Positions 9,398-17,348 of a stretch of 26,343 bases of DNA are shown one piece after another; the stretch's first letter is position 1; every line of letters begins with the position of its first letter. The notes beneath the pieces were generated by a model, which did not search any database, was not told the DNA's origin, and was given only the letters and a program-made list of their open reading frames with translations. Location: assembly GCA_043826435.1 (NCBI GenBank), contig JBDRQF010000014.1:1-26343 (forward strand), written 5' to 3'. The translations under genes and the position numbers were made by a program. Origin of the DNA: Elusimicrobiota bacterium. Its GTDB lineage: Bacteria; Elusimicrobiota; Endomicrobiia; CG1-02-37-114; JAHJSO01.

Positions 9398-10813
9398 ATG
9401 AGAACAAAAGTAATACATAAACAAAAAAGATGTAAACCCTCATTAATAAGGGAAGGTATAACCTCAACCCTTGCATATCAGCCAGCCATAAACGAACTAT
9501 TTCAGAATACCAAAAAGGATTACGGGATATTTTTTACACCAGAGCGTGTTGTAGATTTTATGGCGAGTTTGATTGATACCAACCGTTTTATGAATAAGCA
9601 GGATATTAGCATCCTTGAACCGGCTTGTGGATTGGCACAGTTTTTGATTGGTATAAAAAGGAATCACTCCTCTCTTTATCGGAAAGCGCAAACTATAGGA
9701 GTAGAAGTCCACAAGGATATTATTAACTATTTAACCAATCTAAAAGCAATAGATGATATTAAGTTAATCCATTCTGATTATCTCTTATGGCAACCAGATC
9801 AAAGATTTAATTTGATAATTGGTAACCCCCCGTATGGTATCCCTAGCCCTTCAGTTCATTATTCCATTAAGATAGACGCTATTACTAAGGAAAAATACAA
9901 GAATACTTGTGAGACATGGTATGGGAAATACAATGTATATGGTGCATTTATTGAAAAATCCGTTAAACTACTCAAAACAGATGGGCAACTGATTCTTATT
10001 GTCCCAGCCACCTTTATGATTCTGGACGATTTTAAGAGATTAAGGGCATTCTTATCCCGCAATGGGCGTACAACTATAATCTATTTAGGCCCTGATGTAT
10101 TCAAGCCTGAAGCAGATGTATCTTCAGTAGTTATTAACTTTAGTAAGGATGATAAACATGGCTGGCTAAAACTATTAGAATATAAAAACAATAAACTATC
10201 CCTGATAAAAGGAATGCCTCACTGGCAGGGCGAGACAGTTAAATTTGAAACAGATTACACCAGGAAGATTGAAAATATCTGTTCATATCTTGTAAGCGAT
10301 ATTTATGACATAAACATTTCTCCCCGGACACCGGAAATAAAAAATAATACCCGTATAACTCAGGAGAAACCGCCTAATGGCAATGGTTCTTATCTCCCTT
10401 TATTAAATGGCAGAAATCTTAAATGCAACAAGATTATTTACGATAACCTGACTGGTTACTGGATTAAGAAATCAGATGCAAAAAAAATGAGGGGTTATTT
10501 TAGTGAACCACATATAGTTGTTGGTTTAGGGTTCAGAGAAAATGGGAAAGTCGGTGCAGCCTATGACGAAAAATGCTACCCTTGGATGGGTGATATTTAT
10601 CACCTTTTAAGAAAGGTAGATCTATTCAATAATCGTTTTGACCTTGATGATGTAGAAATACTTGAGTACTTGAACTCCGATTACTTAAGAAGATACATAT
10701 CCGGTACCTACCGTGAGATTACATACCACTTAAGCATTACTCAATTGAAAAATCTTCCTTTGCCGACTAAGAAAGAATGGCAAGTCATTAGAACGGAAAA
10801 AAATTATGCCTAA
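9398..10813 (+). CDS. N6-adenine DNA methyltransferase, gamma class, M.TaqI-like
   Basis: FFTPERVVDFM, ILEPACG, IIGNPPYGI, TWYGKYNVYGAFIEK, VPATFMILDDF, GRNLK, YREITYHL are colinear with M.TaqI as I recall it, including the C-terminal target-recognition domain. Confidence 0.93.
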   Translation: MRTKVIHKQKRCKPSLIREGITSTLAYQPAINELFQNTKKDYGIFFTPERVVDFMASLIDTNRFMNKQDISILEPACGLAQFLIGIKRNHSSLYRKAQTIGVEVHKDIINYLTNLKAIDDIKLIHSDYLLWQPDQRFNLIIGNPPYGIPSPSVHYSIKIDAITKEKYKNTCETWYGKYNVYGAFIEKSVKLLKTDGQLILIVPATFMILDDFKRLRAFLSRNGRTTIIYLGPDVFKPEADVSSVVINFSKDDKHGWLKLLEYKNNKLSLIKGMPHWQGETVKFETDYTRKIENICSYLVSDIYDINISPRTPEIKNNTRITQEKPPNGNGSYLPLLNGRNLKCNKIIYDNLTGYWIKKSDAKKMRGYFSEPHIVVGLGFRENGKVGAAYDEKCYPWMGDIYHLLRKVDLFNNRFDLDDVEILEYLNSDYLRRYISGTYREITYHLSITQLKNLPLPTKKEWQVIRTEKNYA

Positions 10814-11594
10814 AGACCTTGAAAAATATCGCAAATTTCTAGAAAGTATTCCGTTATCTAAATATCGGGAAGAACTAAAAGATATTAAATGGGTAGAACA
10901 GGACTTAGTCCCTATGTTATACCCTTTAACATCAATTTTTAAAAACTACTGGGAATCTCAAAACTTTTTAAGTTTTGAAGAATGGTTTACCGAATTTTGG
11001 AACGAAATGAACACCGCTCAGAAACAAAAACTCACTGACTTAAAAGACCTTGTCCGAGCACATAGAAAATTTTATGAAGATAAAATTAATGGTGATCTGG
11101 ATAATAAGGTTTTTCTTGGCTTCAAAGCCAGAATGTATAGAACTTGGGTATCTGTACTTACCCAACTGGATTTCTGCTATTTATTTAAATTCATCTGTTC
11201 CAAAGAAGGTAAGGATTTACAACTAGAATGCAGCGCTGAATTAGATTCCAAGGGTATAGATGCAAGAATCAATAATATCGGTTTCCAAATAGCTAAAATA
11301 AGTCAACGAAAAGAAGCTCTTAAAATCGTGAGAAAAAGCAGGGTAGTTACTATTCCCTATGCTGTTTTTGATGTGGATGAATTTCAGAGATTATCTCAGA
11401 GTTCTCGAGTCAAGGACAAAGGTGGATATAAGAAAGCATTGATTTCATTTAACAAATATTTTATCCAACTGAATAACGGTTTTGTTGTCTTTAAAGAAGA
11501 TTACCTTAAACCGATAATTGATAATATCACTGATATTGAAAAGGTGAAAGAAGTAGTTGGCAAGATCTTATTAGAACTGGCAGGAGAAAGTTAA
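10806..11594 (+). CDS. TaqI-family type II restriction endonuclease
   Basis: FLESIPL...IKWVEQDL, ARMYRTWVSVLTQ, ELDSKGID, QIAK, IPY, NNGFVVFKEDY match R.TaqI as recalled; 262 aa; overlaps the MTase by 8 nt. Confidence 0.88.
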   Translation: MPKDLEKYRKFLESIPLSKYREELKDIKWVEQDLVPMLYPLTSIFKNYWESQNFLSFEEWFTEFWNEMNTAQKQKLTDLKDLVRAHRKFYEDKINGDLDNKVFLGFKARMYRTWVSVLTQLDFCYLFKFICSKEGKDLQLECSAELDSKGIDARINNIGFQIAKISQRKEALKIVRKSRVVTIPYAVFDVDEFQRLSQSSRVKDKGGYKKALISFNKYFIQLNNGFVVFKEDYLKPIIDNITDIEKVKEVVGKILLELAGES

Positions 11595-11808
11595 ATTTTT
11601 ACTCAAAATATACCTGCTTTTTCGTTTTGTTGAATTCTTGGATTTGCATGAATAGCTCTTTAATATTAAGAAGCGGTCGTAAGCAGCGTTCCGACGAAGA
11701 ATCGGATTGCCTTCAGAAATATCTTCGCAGTGAATGGGAGATACGCGGAACCAGTCAATACTATCCACTGCACCAAGAAGTGGTTAAACGGGGAGAAAAA
11801 TTACAAAA

Positions 11809-12765
11809 ATGGAAAAGGTAATTGAAAAATGGTCATCTGCTGTTTTTGAGTTAACGCTGGGCGCTACATCCGCCGACGGTGGAACGCGTTCTAAAGTGGT
11901 AAAGGTTGGGGGGGAAACCACCCTGCCGTTCCTCTATTTTGAGGGTGCAATGCCAAACCCGCCTGCAGTTGCCCTTGAGGTGTGGGACAAAACCCCTGAC
12001 GACTGGCCGCTGCTAAAAGAAGAATTTAAGGAATTTTGTGAAGACCCCGTTTCATGGGCTAAAAAATCCGAAGAGTGGGGAGCGGACATGCTCTGTCTGA
12101 AACTTCTCTCCTGTCACCCCGACGACAAAAACAACTCCGCCCAGTATGCCGCTGAACTTACGAAAAAAGTCATATCCTCAGTCGGGCTCCCCCTGATAGT
12201 AATCGGTTGCGGGCACCCGGAAAAAGACCAGGAAATATTGCCCGCGGTGGCTGAAGCATCAAAGGGCGAAAAAATACTTATCGGTATGGCTACAAAGGAT
12301 AATTACAAAACGATAGCCGCCGCGGCGCTCTCCTCCGGACACAGCGTCCTTGCTGAAACCCCGCTGGACATAAACCTTGCCAAACAACTGAACATTCTGA
12401 TTTCAGACATGGGGCTTCCGCTTGAACGACTTGTGATGCACCACACAACAGGGGGACTTGGCTACGGCTTTGAGTATTGCTATTCAATAATGGAAAGATG
12501 CCGCCTGGCGGGACTGCAGGGCGACAAAATAATGGCGACGCCTATTCTAAATATGATAGCACAGGAGACATGGAAAACAAAGGAAGCAAAAACACCACAG
12601 GAAGAAATTCCTGGCTGGGGTGACATCCATAAAAGAGCGGTCGCGTGGGAAATCACCTGTGCAAACGGATATCTCCATGCGGGCTCTGACATAATTGTTC
12701 TTGCCCATCCCGAGTCAATAAAAATCGTTCAGTCACATATATCTCAACTTACGAAAAAAACATAA
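11809..12765 (+). CDS. acsD: Corrinoid iron-sulfur protein small (delta) subunit
   Basis: GATSADGGTR, VGGETTLPFLYFEG, PLDINLAKQLN, GLGYGFEY, MERCRLAGLQGD, ETWKTKEA. Confidence 0.96.
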   Translation: MEKVIEKWSSAVFELTLGATSADGGTRSKVVKVGGETTLPFLYFEGAMPNPPAVALEVWDKTPDDWPLLKEEFKEFCEDPVSWAKKSEEWGADMLCLKLLSCHPDDKNNSAQYAAELTKKVISSVGLPLIVIGCGHPEKDQEILPAVAEASKGEKILIGMATKDNYKTIAAAALSSGHSVLAETPLDINLAKQLNILISDMGLPLERLVMHHTTGGLGYGFEYCYSIMERCRLAGLQGDKIMATPILNMIAQETWKTKEAKTPQEEIPGWGDIHKRAVAWEITCANGYLHAGSDIIVLAHPESIKIVQSHISQLTKKT

Positions 12766-12788
12766 AAACACCGGAGAGGGGGAAACAA

Positions 12789-13988
12789 ATGAAAATACTT
12801 GTTTTGAATTGCAGGGTCAATTCAGTGGAATTTGAAGTGTTTGATATGCCAAAAGAAGAAAAACTCTGCCTTGGAGTGGTGGATAAAATCGGACTTGAAA
12901 CAGCCCAGGTCACATATAAATGTCCCGGTATGAAAGAACCCCTTCAACTGATACAACCGGTACTGGACCACCAGAGGGCGGTGGAATCAGTGTTAAAAAT
13001 TGTTTCGGACGACAAAAACGGGGTGGCAAAATCCCCCAATGAAATTTATGGAGTCGGACACCGTGTTGTGCACGGGGGGGAAAGATATTTTGACTCGGTC
13101 TTAATCAACAATGAAGTAAAAAAAGAGATATACCAGAACTTTGAACTGGCCCCACTTCACAACCCGTATAACTTTAAGGGAATTGAGGCGATTGAAAAAC
13201 TTCTGCCCGGAAAACCGCAGGTGGCTGTTTTTGATACCTCCTATCATCACACGCTGTCTGAAGTTGCATACAGATATCCCATACCTGAACGACTCTACTC
13301 ACAGTACAGGATCAGGAAATATGGTTTCCATGGCATATCACACAGGTATGTAGCCGAACACACCTCCGCCCTCCTGAAAAAACCGCTCAATAAAACAAAT
13401 TTAATTTCAATCCATCTGGGACAGGGGTCAAGTATGTGCGCCATAAAAAACGGCATATCAATTGATACCACAATGGGCTTCACCCCCCTGGAAGGACTTA
13501 TGATGACAACCCGCTCGGGCAATGTAAGCCCGGGTATTGTATTCTTCCTGCAGAAATCGGGATGGTCTCTTAATGAAGTGGAGTCATGCCTGAACAGGGA
13601 AAGCGGGGTCTTTGGTATTTCGGGTATCTCCGACGAGATGAAGGATGTGGTTGAAGAAATGAAATCCGGAAACAAAAAGGCAAAACTCTCAGTTGAGATG
13701 TTTGTCTACAGAATACAGGAATATCTCGGGGCATATTATATTCGCCTGAAGAATGTTGATGCCATAAGTTTTACCGGCGGCATCGGGGAAAACTCGGATA
13801 TAATCAGAAAAATGACCTGCGATAAACTGGACTTTATCGGAATAAAACTGGACGATAAAAAAAATAAAAAAGCAATCGGCACAGAGGCGGACATAAGTGC
13901 GACCGGCTCAAAAACAAAAGTGCTTGTAATTCCAAGGAATGAAAAATTGCTCATAGCCAGGGATGTCTATAAAATTGTAAAAAAATAA
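12789..13988 (+). CDS. ackA: Acetate kinase family protein (divergent)
   Basis: GHRVVHGGE, APLHNP, VAVFDT, RKYGFHGISH, DTTMGFTPLEG, FTGGIGENS; several normally conserved motifs are altered (see findings). Confidence 0.88.
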   Translation: MKILVLNCRVNSVEFEVFDMPKEEKLCLGVVDKIGLETAQVTYKCPGMKEPLQLIQPVLDHQRAVESVLKIVSDDKNGVAKSPNEIYGVGHRVVHGGERYFDSVLINNEVKKEIYQNFELAPLHNPYNFKGIEAIEKLLPGKPQVAVFDTSYHHTLSEVAYRYPIPERLYSQYRIRKYGFHGISHRYVAEHTSALLKKPLNKTNLISIHLGQGSSMCAIKNGISIDTTMGFTPLEGLMMTTRSGNVSPGIVFFLQKSGWSLNEVESCLNRESGVFGISGISDEMKDVVEEMKSGNKKAKLSVEMFVYRIQEYLGAYYIRLKNVDAISFTGGIGENSDIIRKMTCDKLDFIGIKLDDKKNKKAIGTEADISATGSKTKVLVIPRNEKLLIARDVYKIVKK

Positions 13989-13998
13989 ATTGAGATAC

Positions 13999-14030
13999 CC
14001 GCGTAGGACGCACGTATAAGGCGCCCGCGG
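13999..14030. repeat. Degenerate GTAG-type REP-like palindrome between ackA and acsE
   Basis: ccgcGTAGgacgcacgtataaggcgcccgcgg: outer ccgcg/cgcgg arms, inner ggacgc/gcgcc arms; single copy in the window. Confidence 0.35.
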
Positions 14031-14060
14031 TTTCAGTGAGGCAAACAGGGGGTAATCGTT

Positions 14061-14849
14061 ATGCTCGTCATCGGAGAAAAAATCAACGGGATGTTCAAAA
14101 ATATACGGGAAGCAATCCAGACAAAAAACAAGTCAATAGTACAGGATATTGCAAAGAAGCAGTTAGAAGGGGGGGCACATGTCCTGGATGTAAACGTAGG
14201 ACCTGCCTCCGCAAAACAATTAGATGATATGCAATGGCTTGTGGAAACGGTCAGGGAAATAACAGCCATTCCCCTTGCAATTGACACGACAAAACCTGAT
14301 GTAATGGAAATGGGCTTACGGCTTGCCGGCCCCGGCTGTTTTCTCAACTCAACCACAGGGGAAGAAGAAAAACTCAATGCATTCCTGCCAATAGCAAAAA
14401 AATACAATTCAAAAGTAATCGCCCTCACGATTGACAAATCGGGAATACCCGCACATGCCGAAGGACGGTTAGAAATTGCAGCGAATATCGTCGCCAAAGC
14501 GATGGAATATGGTATAGAGGCGTCAGACCTCTACATAGATGCAGTGATACTGCCTGTAAATGTGGCACAGCAACATTCCCCCGCTGTGCTTGAAACCATA
14601 AAACAGTGTAAGATGTTGTGCGACCCGGCACCAAAGGCGATTCTCGGGCTTTCCAATGTATCTCAAGGAACTAACTGCAGGGCACTGATTGACAGAACAT
14701 TCCTTGTTATGGCGCTCACATGCGGACTTGACGCTGCAATCTGCAATCCTATGGACAAGGATTTGATGGACGCAATGATAACCGCGGAACTCCTGCTCGG
14801 TAAAAACATATATTGCGATTCATTCCTGGATGCCCGCAGACGGCACTGA
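14061..14849 (+). CDS. acsE: Methyltetrahydrofolate:corrinoid/Fe-S protein methyltransferase
   Basis: MLVIGEKING, LDVNVG, LAIDTT, LNSTTG, LGLSNVSQ, GLDAAI pterin-binding barrel motifs; acs-cluster context. Confidence 0.95.
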   Translation: MLVIGEKINGMFKNIREAIQTKNKSIVQDIAKKQLEGGAHVLDVNVGPASAKQLDDMQWLVETVREITAIPLAIDTTKPDVMEMGLRLAGPGCFLNSTTGEEEKLNAFLPIAKKYNSKVIALTIDKSGIPAHAEGRLEIAANIVAKAMEYGIEASDLYIDAVILPVNVAQQHSPAVLETIKQCKMLCDPAPKAILGLSNVSQGTNCRALIDRTFLVMALTCGLDAAICNPMDKDLMDAMITAELLLGKNIYCDSFLDARRRH

Positions 14850-14907
14850 TGCCACCGGCAAAAAAACTTTAACATTTAAATTATAACAAACAATTTGATG
14901 CGTGGTA

Positions 14908-14936
14908 TTGACAGAAATTAAAATATTCTATATAAT
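14908..14936 (+). promoter_or_regulatory. Perfect-consensus sigma70 promoter
   Basis: TTGACA (14908-14913), 17-nt spacer, TATAAT (14931-14936), with AT-rich upstream sequence. Confidence 0.8.
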
Positions 14937-15026
14937 TTAGGCAGTGGGTTTTGAAAATCTTTTTAGCATATCCGGTATGTTACTAATTCGCAGTAAGATG
15001 TAAAATAGTCTTGACTTTTTTGTATT

Positions 15027-16268
15027 ATGATAAAAAATAGTCATACAATAAAAAGGCACCTGTACATTAAACTCTGGCGGGAGTTGACTTCAGAAAAACA
15101 AATGGTATTTCTGTCAGGCCCAAGACAGGTAGGGAAAACCACGCTCGCGAACGAAATTGCATCTGAATTCAAAAATAAATTGTACTTCTGCTGGGATATT
15201 GTAGAGCACAGAAAAAAATTGATACAAAATCCCGCATTTTTTGAAAACATTAACAGGGTTGACGAATCAATGCCTTTAATCGTGTTTGATGAAATACATA
15301 AATACAGGCAATGGAAGAATTATCTAAAAGGTATTTATGACCAGTTTGCCGATGAATATAAATTTCTCGTTTCCGGGAGTGGCAGGTTGGATTTATACCA
15401 AAAAGGCGGGGATTCTCTTGCAGGCAGATATTTTCAATTTCATTTATTCCCGTTTACACTGGCAGAATTAGACGGCAAAAAAAGAAATATTAACGATTTT
15501 TTGAAACACCCTATTAATAATTTTGATATTAATAAACCAAATATCACAAGAGAAATCTGGCAAGCGCTTTCTCAGTTTGGCGGATTTCCGGAACCGTTTA
15601 CAAAAGGCAAAAAGTCATTTTTTACTAAATGGTCAGTAAATTATGCATCGCAGATTGTACGTGAAGATATTAAAAGCATATCGGATATAAAAAATGTTGA
15701 TAATGTGGAGATTTTATTTTCTTTATTACCGTCAAAAGTAGGTAGTCCGCTTTCTGTTAATAATTTGGTCGGTGAATTACAGGTTAGTTACGGCAGTGTA
15801 AAGGAGTGGCTGAAATTATTTGAAATATTTTATCTTACTTTCAGGATAAGTCCATGGACAAAAAAGGTTTCAAGAGCAATCTTAAAGGAAAAGAAATTGT
15901 ACTTGTTCAACTATCCGGAAATTCCAGATGCAGGGTTCCGGTTTGAAAACATGGTGGCGGTTGAACTATTGAGAGCAATTTATAACTGGAATGAGTATGG
16001 CTATGGCAGATTTTCACTGCATTATATAAGGAACAAAGAAAAAGAAGAGGTAGATTTTGTCATTGCAAAAGATAATAATCCGGTGTTGTTAGTGGAGACG
16101 AAATATTCAGGAGAAACCGTCCCAAAAAATTTAATAAATTTCCAAAAAAGACTTAATGTCCCCGCTGTGCAACTTGTAAATAAAGAACATATCTTCAGAT
16201 ACATAAAAAATGAGAAGAACAAAATCTTAGTCATAACCGCATACAGATGGTTGTCTTCTCTTCCCTGA
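15027..16268 (+). CDS. AAA+ ATPase, AAA_14 plus DUF4143 type, with C-terminal nuclease-like domain
   Basis: Walker A GPRQVGKTT, Walker B VFDEIH, SGS, DSLAGR, GGFPEP, KKLYL, FENMV, EEVDFV...LVETKY; more AT-rich than its neighbours. Confidence 0.9.
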   Translation: MIKNSHTIKRHLYIKLWRELTSEKQMVFLSGPRQVGKTTLANEIASEFKNKLYFCWDIVEHRKKLIQNPAFFENINRVDESMPLIVFDEIHKYRQWKNYLKGIYDQFADEYKFLVSGSGRLDLYQKGGDSLAGRYFQFHLFPFTLAELDGKKRNINDFLKHPINNFDINKPNITREIWQALSQFGGFPEPFTKGKKSFFTKWSVNYASQIVREDIKSISDIKNVDNVEILFSLLPSKVGSPLSVNNLVGELQVSYGSVKEWLKLFEIFYLTFRISPWTKKVSRAILKEKKLYLFNYPEIPDAGFRFENMVAVELLRAIYNWNEYGYGRFSLHYIRNKEKEEVDFVIAKDNNPVLLVETKYSGETVPKNLINFQKRLNVPAVQLVNKEHIFRYIKNEKNKILVITAYRWLSSLP

Positions 16269-16322
16269 AACCTGAATTATGCGTAAAAACCTGCATAGGT
16301 ACCTTAGACGAAAAAATTGCTT

Positions 16323-17339
16323 ATGGAAAAATTGAAGATTCTTATAACTGGCGCCAACGGGTTCATCGGCAGCCACATCGCTGAAAGATTCCTCAAAGAG
16401 GGACACACCGTAAGGTGCCTCGCCCACAGAAACACAGACAGGTTGAACGGGTTGAAACAACCCCCCGGAACGACAACAGGCGGTCAAATTGAAATTTACC
16501 GGGGCAGTGTCACGCAACCGGAAACGCTCGCAGGGGCAGTCCGGGACATTGATTTTATATTTCACTCGGCGGCAGTCCTGCGGGTTGTCCACGCCGAAAC
16601 CTACTACGACGTAAACCATGCAGGCACAAAAAATTTAATTGAAGCAACCCGACAGCATAACCCAAAAATAAAGCGATTTGTATATATATCAAGTCAGGCG
16701 GCGATGGGGCCTTCAGAAAGTTGTGCGCCGAGGACGGCTTCATCAAACTGCGCCCCTGTTTCCGACTACGGCAGGAGCAAACTCCTCGGGGAAGAAGAGG
16801 CGTTAAAATTCAGTGACAGAATCCCCGTAACCATATTGCGGCCTTCAGCAGTATATGGCCCGGGAGATAAAGACCTCCTGCTCTTCTTCCGGCTTGCAAA
16901 CCGCGGGTTCTTCCCTGTCCTCTCGCCCTGTAAAGGCGGGGAGTGTTTTGTGCAACTCGTTTTCGTTGACGACATTGCGGAGGTATGCCTCCTTCTGCTT
17001 ACCCGCAAACCCGCCAACACCACATATTTTGTCTCGCAGAATACACCATACACGTGGAAGCAGGTGGGGGAAATTATCAGCCGAGCCGTCAATAAAAAAC
17101 TTTTTTTCTTTAAACTGCCTGCCGGCGTTTTGAACCTTGGCGCCACAATCTCGGAAACGTTCATGAAATTAAAAGGCCAGCCCGCAAACCTCAACAGGGA
17201 CAAGGCGACGGAACTCTGTCAACCATACTGGATTGCGGACTCCTCAATTACAGAAAAGGAATTCGGTTTTAACTTCACTCCACTTGAAAAAGGAGTAGAA
17301 ATTACGTATAATTGGTATAGGCAGAACAAATGGGTTTAG
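16323..17339 (+). CDS. NAD-dependent epimerase/dehydratase-family (extended SDR) reductase; candidate ceramide/3-keto-sphingoid reductase (CerR-like)
   Basis: TGANGFIG Rossmann motif, HSAA, VNHAGT, ISSQAA, YGRSK (YxxxK), RPSAVYGPGD. ATG at 16323 preferred over TTG at 16317. Lies 9 nt upstream of the SPT-like gene; the specific function is inferred from context. Confidence 0.8.
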   Translation: MEKLKILITGANGFIGSHIAERFLKEGHTVRCLAHRNTDRLNGLKQPPGTTTGGQIEIYRGSVTQPETLAGAVRDIDFIFHSAAVLRVVHAETYYDVNHAGTKNLIEATRQHNPKIKRFVYISSQAAMGPSESCAPRTASSNCAPVSDYGRSKLLGEEEALKFSDRIPVTILRPSAVYGPGDKDLLLFFRLANRGFFPVLSPCKGGECFVQLVFVDDIAEVCLLLLTRKPANTTYFVSQNTPYTWKQVGEIISRAVNKKLFFFKLPAGVLNLGATISETFMKLKGQPANLNRDKATELCQPYWIADSSITEKEFGFNFTPLEKGVEITYNWYRQNKWV

Positions 17340-17348
17340 GGGGAAACG

